64,000 nucleotides of DNA, taken from contig NC_087245.1 in the NCBI RefSeq assembly GCF_037042905.1, positions 5,644,001-5,708,000 on the forward strand, given 5' to 3'. This DNA is from Lytechinus pictus. Taxonomy: Eukaryota. The stretch's first letter is position 1; each line of letters starts with the position of its first letter. Under the pieces are notes generated by a model, which ran no database searches, was not told the DNA's origin, and was given only the letters and a program-made list of their open reading frames with translations. Of the stretch, positions 26,509-40,026 are shown piece by piece. A program made the translations under genes and the position numbers.

Positions 26509-27460
26509 AACAAGTGGAATGCCTCTGGCCGTCTCACCTGCATCACGCGATTCAATATAGCAGCAGTGCTGATTTTGAAAACTACTATAACTCGCACAAG
26601 ATGTTCAGTGATACTTGGTTACTCGTATTTCCACGTTTTATGAATTAGACCAATACACTTATAGAGATATGATGGCAATTCAACAAATACCCCCAACGTG
26701 GCCAAAGTTCTTTGACCTTACATGACCTTTGACCTTGTTCATGTGACCTGAAACTCGCACAGGATGTTCAGTGATACTTGATTACTCTTATGTCCAAGTT
26801 TTATGAACTAGACCAACACACTTTCAAATTTATGGCTGTAATTCAACAAATACCCCAATTTGGCCAAAGTTCATTGACCCTAAATGACCTTTGACCTTGA
26901 TCATGTGACCTGAAACTTGCACAGGATGTTCAGTAATACTTGATTACTATTATGTCCAAGTTTCATGAATCAGATCCATAAACTTTCAAAGTTATGATGG
27001 TAATTCAACAGATACCCCCAATTCGGCCAAAGTTCATTGACCCTAAATGACCTTTGACCTTGGTCATGTGTCGTGAAACTCATGCAGGATGTTCAGTGAT
27101 ACTTGATTAACCTTATGTATAAGTTTCATGAACTAGGTCCATATATTTTCTAATTTATGATGACATTTCAAAAACTTAACCTTAGGTTAAGATTTTGATG
27201 TTGATTCCCCCAACATGGTCTAAGTTCATTGACCCTAAATGACCTTTGACCTTGGTCATGTGACATGAAACTCAGGCAGGATGTTCAGTAATACTTGATT
27301 AACCTTATGGCCAAGTTTCATGAACTAGGTCCATATACTTTCTAAGTTATGCTGTCATTTCAAAAACTTAACCTCAGGTTAAGATTTGGTGTTGACGCCG
27401 CCGCCGCCGCCGTCGGAAAAGCGGCGCCTATAGTCTCACTCTGCTATGCAGGTGAGACAA
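26509..27460. mobile_element. Helentron/HINE-like element with about 162-bp tandem monomers (nested)
   Basis: Perfect subterminal inverted repeat GTCTCACCTGCAT / ATGCAGGTGAGAC, terminal hairpin, (GCC)n tract, monomers at 26701, 26863 and 27026. Confidence 0.78.
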
Positions 27461-28010
27461 AAATAACTTAGAACATTTTTGTGTTTTTTGCTAACTGCAA
27501 ACTTGTAGACAAGTCTACAAGTTGTAGACTTGTCTTCATGAATTTGCCAACTGCAGAGTTACCAGTTTTTTAAGTCTTGTGTTCTGTTCTTTTCAGATCT
27601 GAAACGGGGCAGTACTTGTACGTCACTTTGCTGACTGGTAGAGCGTATAGTGTTCTGCCACTTTAATAGGCCCACTTTATTATTTGCCAACTATACTTTG
27701 GCTTTGATTATTCAACTTAAACCTTGGAAATTCATCCCACCCCATATTTATTTACCTAGTCTTGCCTCTAATTTTACCAAACTAATGTGTTTGTTAAATC
27801 GTCAATAATTGTGGTATAATTTGCCAACTCCCAAGCTTGTTTATATTGGGGGAGGACCGGGGGCTTACTTTGTGTGTTATTATATAATAGCTCCATCTGT
27901 TTTGTCCTTTGTATTTTGCTGACTAGTAGGGCTCTAAGCCTGGCTACATGGACTTGGATTTGCCAACTGGTTGTCAAAGTCGTAACCTTCTTCGAAGTTA
28001 GTACCCCTAT

Positions 28011-28231
<221 letters not shown>

Positions 28232-30342
28232 CTCTCTCACCCCCTCTCTCCCACCTCTCTCTCTCTTTCTTCCTTTTTCTTTCTCTCCCCCTCTCTCCTT
28301 CTTTCTTTTTTCTCTTCCTTTCTTTCCCTCTTTCTTTTTCTCCCCTATCCTCCATTTTGCCAACTGGTACATGATTTTGCCGACTGCCTTGAATGTTGGG
28401 GGGGGGGGGTGTCACACCCCCCCATACCCCCCCCCCCCCTCTAGCTACGGCCCTGAGTGTGGTAATTCATGATTTTCATGAATTCAATTTGGCCCGCGCG
28501 GTGTAGCTAGCACTTAGCAGCTGCATGAGTTAGGTAGCGAATCAGCATGTGATCGTGTTGCAAGTTGAATTGTCCGACTCATCATCATCGGCGTAATTCC
28601 CCCAATTTACCTCCAACTACGTCACTTTGTTGTTCATTTCATCATCATTCTCTTCATCTTCAAAATCATCAATTTGAAAATCCAAATCTAGATAAAATTC
28701 TGGGTTTTCTTTCATTTCGTGATCGAAGTATTCAGTGACAGTGTGGAGAAAACGTACCCTCGCAACAGGTTTTGCATGCAAGTGGAGCTTCACGTGGGAG
28801 AGCCAATCACGCATCTCGTACAGAAAGTGACGTCATCAAATTCAAGTCAATTCAGAGACCGATGCGAGGCATATTTCGGAGAGGCATTTTGAGCGTTTTT
28901 TAATCGGCGATTTTCACCTCATGTATTATTTTCTTTATTTTTGAATGACCCACTGATAATCCCCACATCATTACCTTTCCATTGACATATAATAAGACCA
29001 CATTCATAATCAATATAGTTCTCCTTTAAAGAAAACAAAATTTATGTACACTGTATGGTAAAAATGAGACAACAAGTTTCTATAAGTTCAGCAAAAATTG
29101 AAAAAAAAAACAGATGTTCCTAAACATGCTAAATCATTTTTTTTCTTTGCTTTCTTGTGAATGTTGGAGAGATATTAGGGCCTATAAAACTGTTAAACAT
29201 TTTAAACGAATAGGAAGAAATATTTCATAATAAAAATACTAGGCCTATTTGGAAGACATTGGTGATGTCTTTTATGAATTTGACTAAAGTATAGCTGCAT
29301 GCAATATATCCTCAAATCCCCCTCAACTTTATTGAACTGTCAATTTTCCCCCCGTATATGATGCTGATTGTGTTTGCTTATTCTCATTTTCATGATGTGG
29401 GTACAGGAGGGTGTTTCATCAATATTGTCGCGCGACAACTGTCAGCGCTGACTAAAATTGTCAGCGCTGACAATTTAGTCAGCGCTGACAAAAATTGCAT
29501 TTCATGAAACTCTCGGAGCCCCTCTGACTATTGTCAGAGAATTTTTATTTTACAAATCGTCTTGAACGAGGTTCGCTGACTAATTAGGCCACGCCCACTC
29601 CCAAAGTCGTGAAAAAAATGTAAAATTGGTTGATGTTTTCGCCGCGGCGATTCGAAATGAAACGAAGAAATAAGTAGAAGCGAAGGTCCCCGGAGAGGTG
29701 AATGAGGATTTTACCGTAAGTAAAACCCTTCAAAATGTCGTTCATATTATATGTAAGGTGATTGAATTATTCGTTGTGCGTAATTATCAAATGAATTACA
29801 AGAAAAGAGGATCTTCTGGCAGGACCCCTGTCGATACGATCAATAAACTTGACAGTACATAATCCAGTCTAGTCCCATACCCGTGTTTCTGTGTCTGTAG
29901 AACTATCTCAAGCCCAAACTAACGACACGGCTCACGACTGTCACGTTTTTATGATCCGCACATGGTTGCAATTTTATAAATTTTGCAAAGAGAATTCTTT
30001 ATATTGTTCTACCTTTATGTCATTCTGTGTTACAAATCATATTTTTTCATTTCCTTTGGTTTTGTATTAATTTTGTTGCTCGGTGTGGTCGAGGATATCC
30101 TTGAATCTGATTACCAGGCAAACTAGCGTGTGCAATTGTTAATGTACACATATCCAATGGGGCCATCCTAATTCTGTGTTACAGATATTGGAATTGAACA
30201 GGAGCTAAATCACATGGTAATAGTGTGAGTGGTAAATTTGTAAAGTGGATGTTCTCAACTATTAATATAGGCTTAGCCTTAGCAAGTCACAAGTCGAATG
30301 AAGTGAAGGCTCTCGACAGCTGGCGAGGATTCAGGGGGGGGG

Positions 30343-30931
30343 TACCTCGAGCGAAGTTCGTGCAGGCTCCACTCCACTTCACTAGTCACTACCGCTACAC
30401 TACGCTTCACCTACCCGAACTTCGAGACCATGATCTCGATCGGATATTCCGAGTGACAAAAGGTGGGATTTTATGGGGAGAAAATAAAAAATTCATGCAA
30501 CATCACGATCTTTAAAAACAAGTAAAACTAATATTCTTACTTTACACAAAGTTTCACTTCTTTTCCATGCTTCTATCAGTCTCAAAATTGATGATTTAGA
30601 GCCAACATGAAGTTCCTCACACTTAATAATTCGCTGCCGATTTCAGAACATCGCATGCGCGCGAGGGTCCGAGCTCGGACCAGACCCGGTACCTCCTGCA
30701 TGCGATGTTTTGAAGTCGGCAGCGCATTAATATTTATATGTGTGAGTAAGAATATTAGTTTTACTTGTTTTTAAAGATCATGATGTTGCATGAATTTTGT
30801 ATTTTCTCCCCATCCCACCTTTTGTCACTCGGAATATCCGATCGAGTTCATGGTCTCGAAGTTCGGGTAGGTGGAGCGTAGTGTAGCGGTAGTGAAGTGG
30901 AGTGGAGCCTGCATGAACTTCGCTCGAGGTA
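30343..30931. mobile_element. Long-TIR MITE inserted in a G run (nested)
   Basis: About 200-bp inverted arms TACCTCGAGCGAAGTTC... / ...GAACTTCGCTCGAGGTA, flanked by G9 and G8. Confidence 0.8.
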
Positions 30932-32351
30932 GGGGGGGGATGATGCGATTGTGGCAGAGGTACGTTCACACCCAATAAAAATTAAAATCTAGATATGAAA
31001 AAATTATTAGATCTAACTAAGTTTTAAATGGTGCACCCGGCCCGTGGCCGTACTGGTATAGCCTATAGGCCTAGATCTATCTTAAATTATCTTTGACTTT
31101 GCGCACCCAAGTGAAATGAGCCATTGCATAGCTCCCTTTTAAAAAAAAGATTGATCGTCCAATTTGGATGGGAGACAAAATAATGCTCTTCATTTGTGTG
31201 TGATTATGAAGTTTGTTTTCCTTTGTTTTTTCTTAGTCAATTTTTTTAGACAAATTAGTATTTAGCATGAATCTGCAATAGCATCGGTGTTATTGGAGTT
31301 AATAAATTAAATTATTGTTGATAATGTCTCTTAATCTTTTTTTTTGAAAAATATTGTTGTACCACATAAAGTTAGAGTCTAGTCACACCTAACCTTAAAT
31401 AGCATGTAAAGGTTAAAGGTCTCTTCATTCTTCATTAGAAAAAATTATAGGAGAATATGCAATGGATAGCTCTCATCAATCCCAAATATTTTTCTGCCTT
31501 GAATCTCATATTAAAGTTCCATTGAACAAAGGTCACAGTCCAGAAATAGTTGACAATTTGATGGGGATGCAATTTGCTGCAGTTATGAATTAGGAGCCTA
31601 TTCATATTTTTTAATTAATTTGATTGTGGCTTTTAACCGGCAAGGTATCCAAGCGCTACTGGGTTAGAAAAAAACTTTTATTTTTATTTTTTTTAATTAA
31701 AAAAAGAATTATTAAAAAAGCTGTTTTACTATTTTGTATGGTTAATGTGTTAATGACCGTCTTGTTTATAATCAAGTGAAAATTATATGAATTAACAAGG
31801 ATAAATTGTTGACCGATTTTTGGTAAATTCTAGAAATTTCAGGATAATAAAAGAAGAAAAATTATTGGTATATTTGATCATTCCCCTTTATGAAATGTCA
31901 ACAATATTCATTGAAAGTGCAGTATTTTTCAATGATCACTGTAAACCTACATATTTTCTTTGCTACATGTATAACAATGTGATATTATTAATATTTTAAT
32001 TTCAGACTATGGACATTTGAACCATATGCAGAAGAAGACGGGTCTGGAACTAGAAAGCTAGGCTCTGACTGGTCTACTACAGCAAGGAATGTGCCAGCGG
32101 CCAATCTGATGAACATGTGGCAGAAGATTTGGCAATGGGTGAAGAAATACTGAGATTGAAATGCAACCACAGGTAACACATGTAGACTAGTAAAATGTGA
32201 TAATGATTATAAAATAATGAAGGATATTTTTGGGGTTGCAGAATGTTAAATCATTAAAACCCACATCAATGACAATGAAATCAGACTGTGACCAAGTTTG
32301 TAATGCAAACATTACATAAACATGAAAGACATATAAAAGAATCAGTTTGTT

Positions 32352-32595
32352 TTGCATGTTAGCTGCAGGGTCAGCAGAACGGTTTTAAAAGTGAGGGGGG
32401 TGAGCCGAAAGTGGGGGGGGGGGGGACTGACCATGCAAAAAATCATTAGCAGATGGTCAATTTTACATTTTTGTACATGGTTTTGGAAAACAATGCGGGG
32501 GGGTGAAAAATGGAAAATGACCATCTGGTTATATTTTGCATGGTCAGCTCGCTCACTTTAGAAAATGTTCCGCTGACCCTGCAGCTAACATGCAA
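32352..32595. repeat. Palindromic (foldback) MITE-like repeat
   Basis: TTGCATGTTAGCTGCAGGGTCAGC / GCTGACCCTGCAGCTAACATGCAA with further internal symmetry. Confidence 0.75.
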
Positions 32596-33983
32596 CCCCC
32601 CCCCCCTGTTTCCGCAGCCCCTGCTCTCACCCCTCAATCCATTTATCACTACTTTCTCATGTGTATGTACATACAAGCTACATTGTGAGGAATAATTTCT
32701 CTATTTAAGTTTCTCAGCCAGAGCATGTCATTTATTATTGTTTTTATTTTTGATTAACATTATAAAAACTTGAACCCTTTATTTACCCCCTTCTATATGG
32801 TTATCAAAAGATGTTTTATTTCCTGTTTTAGACATGTACATATACATGTGAGAAGAAATACAAGATTATGGCAAATATTTTAATTAGTTATTTCAATGCT
32901 ATTTTTCCTTCAGGTGGAGGCTTTACCCAAACTTTTCAGACAGACATGAGATACAAAGTTACCCAAGTATAAATGGTTGAAGGTTTAGGAGAGCCAGACA
33001 AGAAGGCAGGAAATGTGATGTCACTTGTAAGGTAAACACTCGTAATTATTACTGCCTCATTTTGGCAAAGAAAGTAAAGTCACATTAAAAAAATATTTAA
33101 TTACCGGTACTGTTCTCTTCTTTATTTGGTCTTCTACCAGTCAATATTTGAAAACAATGACATCTATAAGTGCTTAGATGCTTAAATTATTAATGGTGAT
33201 ATTTCTTGGACAGTTGTAAAACAGCCAATATCAATCAATGCTAGATGGTGTGACTTGCTTTCTATTGCCAAAGTAGTAAATGAATGTTCCATTGTTCTGC
33301 ATTCCTATTAGACCCCCCCCCCCACACTCACACACCATCACCATCTGCTTTGTCAGGGAGGAACACCAGAAGATTACCCCAAAAAGAACACAATTTTTTT
33401 TAATATCTCTTGTAGGCCTGTGTAAATCAGATAAATGTAATGACTACAGAAGCAGTCATTAAACCTCACTAATTCAAATGATCTTGGTAGGGGGGGGGGC
33501 CTCAGGATCTTGCCTGTTGATTGTGCACTCACTTCAGAAATCAGCAGGTATGGTGCTGCTCCTGATGTTGGTTTTTTTTATATTTATGATAACATGACTC
33601 TTGCATGAAATCAGCATTTTGCTCTAAATCAAGAAATAAAGACCAAATGTGATAATTTTGGATTTTGACTCCCTTTCTTTGGTAAACCAATGAGAAAAAC
33701 CCAAGACATTAATTAAAATCAATTGTGTATACATGTACATTTTAATCATTTTCTTATGCATTTCTTTGTTATTAACTTGTTTGTTTTCGTTGTTTAATAA
33801 GGCTTTGGTGACAATACTTTAACCATTTAGAACTTAAAGTTATTATTTGAAAGATTAAAAATAAAAAAATGTTAGTTTTAACAATGATAAATTAGGAATA
33901 AATGACTTTGATATCAATAATGATGGAAATTAATATCTTTATTAATAGAATATCACATGCTCTATAAATTTATTCCATTTCAG

Positions 33984-34238
33984 TTACTTCAATAAACATG
34001 AACAGCAGCAGGAGCAACAACAGCATCAGCAGCCGAAACCACAACTGCAGTAAGAGATACAACAACCACACCAACAACACCAAGAGCAGCAGCAAAAACA
34101 ATTGCAATTCCAGCAACCACGATGACAACAGCAGCAACACCAACAACACTAATGAATATTGAAAAACTTGTACAAAAGTCAATGAAGCCACAGTTTTCAG
34201 ACATTATCAGACATTATCGATTAAAAAATGCACAATGA
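33984..34238 (+). pseudogene. Decayed Gln-rich exon-like segment inside the Harbinger-like element
   Basis: TTTCAG acceptor, CAG/CAA-rich frame broken by stops, then MNIEKLVQKSMKPQFSDIIRHYRLKNAQ* in another frame. Confidence 0.4.
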
Positions 34239-37200
34239 TTTATTCGGGTTGAAGAAAATTATGTTTGAAAAAATGTGTACATTTGAAGATGTTTCCTATG
34301 TATCGATTAATATTTATGAAAATATAGTTTTAAAGATGAAAATATGATTCTTGAAATGTCTACTTTTTATTTGTCATTGACTAAAAATAAATACATTTTC
34401 TTTGAATTTTCTTAATGAAATGAAAAATAAGCAATTTATTAAAATGTTATATTGAAAATCAACTGAAATTGATCAATTTTAGCTGCGAAGGTCCACAAAA
34501 GGCTGATTAGTCGGTGAAAATGAGTTTTGTCGGTAGGTAAAGGCCACCGACAAAATTAGTCGGTGGTTTCCAATAATTTGTCGGAGAAAATCACCGACAA
34601 ATTTTCATGAAATGGAATTTAGTCGGTGATGGCAAAATTGTCGGTGAAAATGAAATTAGTCGGTGAAAATCACATTTAGTCGGAGAAAACCACCGACTAA
34701 TTGTTTGATGAAACGCCCCCCCAGGTTTGCTATCCAAAGGCATTGGAATAATTATTATGACCACTAAAAAATACTCAAAATTCAAGCTATCGATTATTTT
34801 CTTTACTCCATTCAAACCCTCTTTTTACCTCAACAAATAAAAAAAAGCATAGTTTGCAAAATTATCATGTGAAATTATTAATCATTCAATAAAATTCAGG
34901 ATATTGAAATTACTTAGTTAACTCAAATTTTCATTTTTCAGACAAGGGTCTCTTTCGTTGAAATATCACTGAAAGGTGTCCTCTTAATAGGGCATGTGTT
35001 CTAGATAAAGAAAATGATGAAAATTTCCATTTTATCCAATTACATTTGTGGATCTTTAAAGCTGTTTCCCATCTTACCTCATAAAGTAAGCTCCATACAT
35101 CAATTCTACAAACTGTAATAAATAAAACATTAATTGATCGCAATTTATTGTAAAATATGATTTTATGAAAAGTTATCATTCCATAATAAAGGTTCAGCCT
35201 GGCTTCAGGTGACGATGGAGACTATTTGGATACATGTATAGTGAGTGATTGTATTACCGACTGACCTTGTATTACCGAACGCGCGCATCGTACGCATCAG
35301 AAAATAATTTCATACGCTCAAAACTTTGCAACACCCTTCCAAAGGGAACTTGAAAAGAAAGATGATGAAAAATGGTCAAAAACACATTTTCAAAGTCTTA
35401 ATATTCTAAAATGGTCAAAATAGCTCATCAGTGATTTTGTTTTCTCAACTTTTCCCATAGAAAATAAACGTTCGGTAATACGATACCTTTTTCAAGTGAC
35501 CAAAATGTTTCACATGCAAAGAGGGGTCCGATTCGAAGCTAATGTCGTAAAAAAGAAAAACGACTTCGGCAAAATTTTTACATATATTTTGTAGGTATTT
35601 GTGTATTTATGGTGAAAGTTTGGTGAATTTCATGAGAATATTATTGTTTGATATGAATTATGATTGAATTCATGAAAAGTGTTTGGTAATATTACGATCC
35701 ACTACCATACCGGTATGATGGGGGGACCTAAAGCTACGCACTTTGTTTTCAAATGATAAAAACTATGCCAATTTCAATATTTGAACAAATTATCTTTCAC
35801 TAATTTGTGGCACATATTCTAAAGATCATTGACCAAGAAGAAAATATCACAGAACTCACTAATACGAAAATCCCGCTGTGTTTTCCGAACACCTCTTGAT
35901 TTCGCCGCCCGATGTAGAAGGGGTCCTAAAGGCAAGCTACGCACTCGATTTATCATGCAAAAAAATTGTATTTCCTGTGCCTCAATTTATAAAATATGTT
36001 CACATTATTATAGGATATATGAAATTAAAGTGACTATAACTCCGAAATTCCAAAACGGCCATTGGTTTCTCTGCATTTAGAGATTTAGTGCAGCCTCTTG
36101 AAAAAAAAATGAATTGGAATTGTTCGTCACTCTGCAGTCACAATTCCACACACAAAGTGCGCATTTGCCATTAAAAACTGCTTGCGCGATGAGTGGTGCG
36201 TAGCTTTAGCCTTAGGACCCGCGCAGCTTTAGGACCCCCAGGCCCAACCATACTATCGTCTCGATATCAAACGATGTCGCGGACTTGGATTGGAAGACAA
36301 GATTGCCTTCGTAAAACGTAAAGCGCTGACTTGTCACCAATCTTCCTATCTCGGAAGAATGGTCTTAGGACGTTCCTATGTAAAGCTCATCTCGGATCAT
36401 GATGTCTCATGAAACAGGCCCCAGTACTCCTGGATTAACGTCGTCAGTCGTAGACGTAGCCGTACGGTAACGGGTGCCGGGTACTCGTACTTTCTTCTAG
36501 GGCCACCAAACCACTGCAGCATGCAGCTGCAGCAGTGCCAGTGGGCCGCGGGCCCCAGCCCTTTTGACTTGTGTTTGGTCTAACAAAAAAAAACACCAAA
36601 CACAGCAAATTACTGCATGTAATAAATTAAAAGGCAAGAGTGTCAAGAATGATTCAACGAGCTTCGAACAAAATATAAAAAATCACAGTATGTAATTCCT
36701 TACTTGTTTAATTCTTCAGCCATTTTCGAATTCTCCGCAAAAGGCGTCTGTACCAACGCTGTGCAACCGACGAACTGAACTTATCGACTGTTACCGGTAA
36801 TCTAAAACCTCTCTTGTCGGAGATCGTATAAAATGAATGCAGACACTTTTTTTAGAAAAGTTGCTGAGGAGGTTTTGGCGGGTTGTGTGAGATGCGAATG
36901 AAGTATAAAATATGTGCGTGGGGGTGTGGAGCTGGGCTTTACTGGCATTGTTGAGGTGCACCGGGGGAAGAAAGAGGATACACTCTAGAAAATGCTGAGC
37001 TAGGGTCTGTCTCAAAGAAACCTACAAATTTTCTGGTATTGTCATATTTCCTCCTTTCCTTTATACGGTTGATGAGGTCACGGCGCACAGATGCAGTGGC
37101 GTAACAGGCGGGGCAAGCTGCCCCCCCCCCCCGGTGGATTTCACCGGGGAAATAAAAGAGAGAAAGGGAAAGGGAACTGAGGGAAAGGGAAAGAAAAGAA

Positions 37201-38174
37201 AGAAAGAAAGATAAAAAGAGAGGAAAGGGGAAGTGGAAAAGAAAAGGGAAAAATGAAAAGAAATAAAGAACATAAATAGGAAAGATGGAAGGAAAGCGGG
37301 AAAGGAAGGAAAGAAGAACATGTGAGGAAGTACAAAATATAAAATACTAATACATTAGCATGATTAGCAAGAGAGGAAACAAAATCAAAAGATATGTCTC
37401 AATGGCACGGAGCAAGAATGACGGGAAAATGGGAGAAAGAGGCAAAAAGAAACGGGAAATGAAGGTAGAGCCAAAAGCTAAATTGGAAAATCAGAATATG
37501 AAGAAAAGGGAGCTTCCGAGGATTGCAAAATATAAATATAATTCCCAGGCCCTATTGGTACAGATGGTGAGTGTTTATTTCATGAGTTCTTAGATTATCT
37601 ATATTGATCGTTATAGAGATAATAGAACAGTTCATTTTCTTCTTAAGTCAAAGAATACTGTAAACCGTTGGAAATATAGGCCTAATATTGGTCGATCTTT
37701 GAATTTATTTCATTTATAGAGATAATGTTAACGCAATCTAATAATAATCTAATAACGGCCCCATTAGTCTTCTTCTTCTTCCTCCCGCTCTTCTTATTCT
37801 TTTTTATTCTTCTTCTTAATTATCCTCCTCCCTTCTCCTTCTTCTTTTCAGTCCTCCTCCTTCTTCTTCTCCTCCTCGATCCCCCTTTTCTCCTTCTTCT
37901 CCATATTCTTCTTCTTTTTCTCATTGCCTTCTTCTCCTTCCCTCCTCGATCCGACCGGTAAAAAAAAAAACCTTCCATACGAACAGAGATTGATCCAACT
38001 AAATTAAACTCCCTACATAATAGACATACCGCCGTGCGCGAGGGGATAAACTTACAAGTTGATTTCATAAATCTGACTATAGGAGGTAGTGCCAGATTTG
38101 GGTCAGATCGTGCATGGGCCTACCGGAGGTCATGATAAAAAAAGTTCATTCCACTGATCAGTCACTGAGAAACG

Positions 38175-39261
38175 CCCGGGGGGGCAGTCAAATATATTGC
38201 TGTACACACGCGTGACCACTGGGGAAAAAAACGCGTTTCAATTTTTTTCAGTTTTGGACGCGGGCCGCGCGTGCACTCGTTAAGGGTATATATAAAAAAC
38301 AGGCGCGCCAGAACACTTTCAGTCAGTTTAGGGGGGCAAAATCCCGAAGGGGGCACAATATTTTTGACAGCGTGAGATATACCGAAGCGATCGAGCGGGA
38401 GAGGGTGTGGGACCCCCCACGGTAAGGACTTTGTGTAAAAATGGAGTATAAAAGTTGCATTTCTAAGAGCATTCAAAAATAAATTTCTTGAGAATTGAAC
38501 ATAGAATTCACTACGAAAGACTATACTCATAATTTATGAGAACCTATGAAATCTACGCGCAAAACAATCGCTTTGGAATGGGGTTTTCATGTCTGATCAA
38601 TTAAATTACGTATTACGCTTATATTGACTCAAAATACCAGAAATTGAATTTTTCATGCAATATCCTTTCAGAAACATTTATTTATGTACATTTACATACA
38701 CGGACGACGCGAGAGAGCACAATCATCATCATAATAGTTTCAAGTAATTCCTGTCAGAACAAGGAGTGTATTAAGCAGAAGAAGCGTAACAACAGAAACA
38801 AAATAAATTCAAAAGAATGTCTTTTAAAATTCAAAATGTCATATACCGATCTGACGTGGCAGACGTCGATATAAGCGGCACTTAAATCCCCATTCTATGC
38901 AAATCATTTCTGACATCAGCATTGGAGATAGTCCCTGATTATCCATGCATGGGCAGTACGTTTCATATTTTGTAACTGCATGGAGGAAAAAGAAATATGA
39001 CAAGACGCGAGGCTTACTATGATATGTAATTGCCCCGTCAGGGGCGAAATTTTTTCATTTTTGACACAGTGGAAATGACAATTCTTAGGCAGAAAAGTGC
39101 CTTAATTCATCGTTTACTTTTGTCCTTAAATAATTTATAATTTTTCTACTTGTCTCGGGGGTTATTTTGCACACAGAGAAAAACTAGTTTAGGGTACGTG
39201 TTTGGAAATTGGCCACGCGTGTGTACAGCAATACATTTGACTTCGCCCCCCCCCCCCCGCC
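38175..39261. mobile_element. MITE with CCCGGG-type terminus and 8-bp TSD
   Basis: TIR core ATTGCTGTACACACGCGTG / CACGCGTGTGTACAGCAAT; TSD GAGAAACG at 38167-38174 and 39262-39269. Confidence 0.88.
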
Positions 39262-39620
39262 GAGAAACGTACGTAAGAAATCTTTTTACATGAGAATAAT
39301 GAATTAGTTAATGCACCCAGTGTCTTCAGTTTCGAAAATGGACTGGTTAAGTATTGGACTGAGATGTGAACCTGTGAATTTCAAGTTTGATGACCCACAT
39401 GATCCAGCCAACCTAAACAAGGAGAAGGAATTTGAAACTGAACACATTCATAATGACTTCGTTCAGTAGTGGGTTACTGTCTTACTGAACTAAACACTCG
39501 TCGATATCTAGTCGAAAATTTCAGTAAAGATTTCCTATACATATACATGTTGTTATACTTTGATTGATTGATTGAGTGTAACCAAGCTCCTTGGTGTAAC
39601 GTTAAGTCAGTAAAATCATA

Positions 39621-39767
39621 ATGGCTTCTTCGGTTAGGTCAGCTTTACTGTTTTGCCACCCATCTATGGAAGGTTTGGCCGAAGACATTGCAAAAAAGTG
39701 CTGTGCGGCAAATTCAGAGCCATTCATCCCGGTTGTGACTCCAGTTTCCCCTTTTTCTTTTGCCGAG
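39621..39767 (+). CDS. Class II (PRS4-like) ribose-phosphate pyrophosphokinase, exon 1
   Basis: ALLFCHPSMEGLAEDIAK resembles the PRS N-terminal strand/helix; GTTTGT donor at 39768; phase 0 joins exon 2. Confidence 0.8.
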
Positions 39768-40026
39768 GTTTGTATAACTCGCTCCGAGCTCCGGCCCGCT
39801 CCACTGCACTCCGCTCCACCTATCCGGATAGGTGGATCGTGGAGCGGAGGGTAGCGGTAGTGAAGTGTATGTAGGCCTAGGCTAGTGGCACTCACACAAC
39901 ATGCGAGGTTAGTACCGTATGCTATACCAAGAAGATTCTATGACTGGAGTTCCAACAGGCAACAAATTTATTCAAGCAGCTGTTCATTTCTAAAGTAAAG
40001 AAGCACAAAAGAAAGAACGGCAATAA

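Larger units (their letters stand above)
29407..34721. mobile_element. PIF/Harbinger-like element of about 5.3 kb with no recognisable transposase
   Basis: TIRs GAGGGTGTTTCATCAA / TTGATGAAACGCCCCCC, CAG on both flanks (one-base slip in the C run), subterminal repeat arrays at both ends. Confidence 0.7.

Noticed and set aside
26640..27360. CRISPR-like regularly spaced repeats
   Set aside because: Whole monomers repeat with no unique spacers; the context is eukaryotic and no cas genes are present.
33970..34204. Leu-rich and Val/Ala-rich minus-strand ORFs
   Set aside because: Antisense reading of the CAG/CAA-rich tract.
35236..36253. Two adjacent possible TIR elements
   Set aside because: Inverted ends are too degenerate to fix boundaries or TSDs.
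37100..37960. Phe-, Lys- and Arg-rich ORFs
   Set aside because: Low-complexity purine and pyrimidine tracts next to a MITE-like end.
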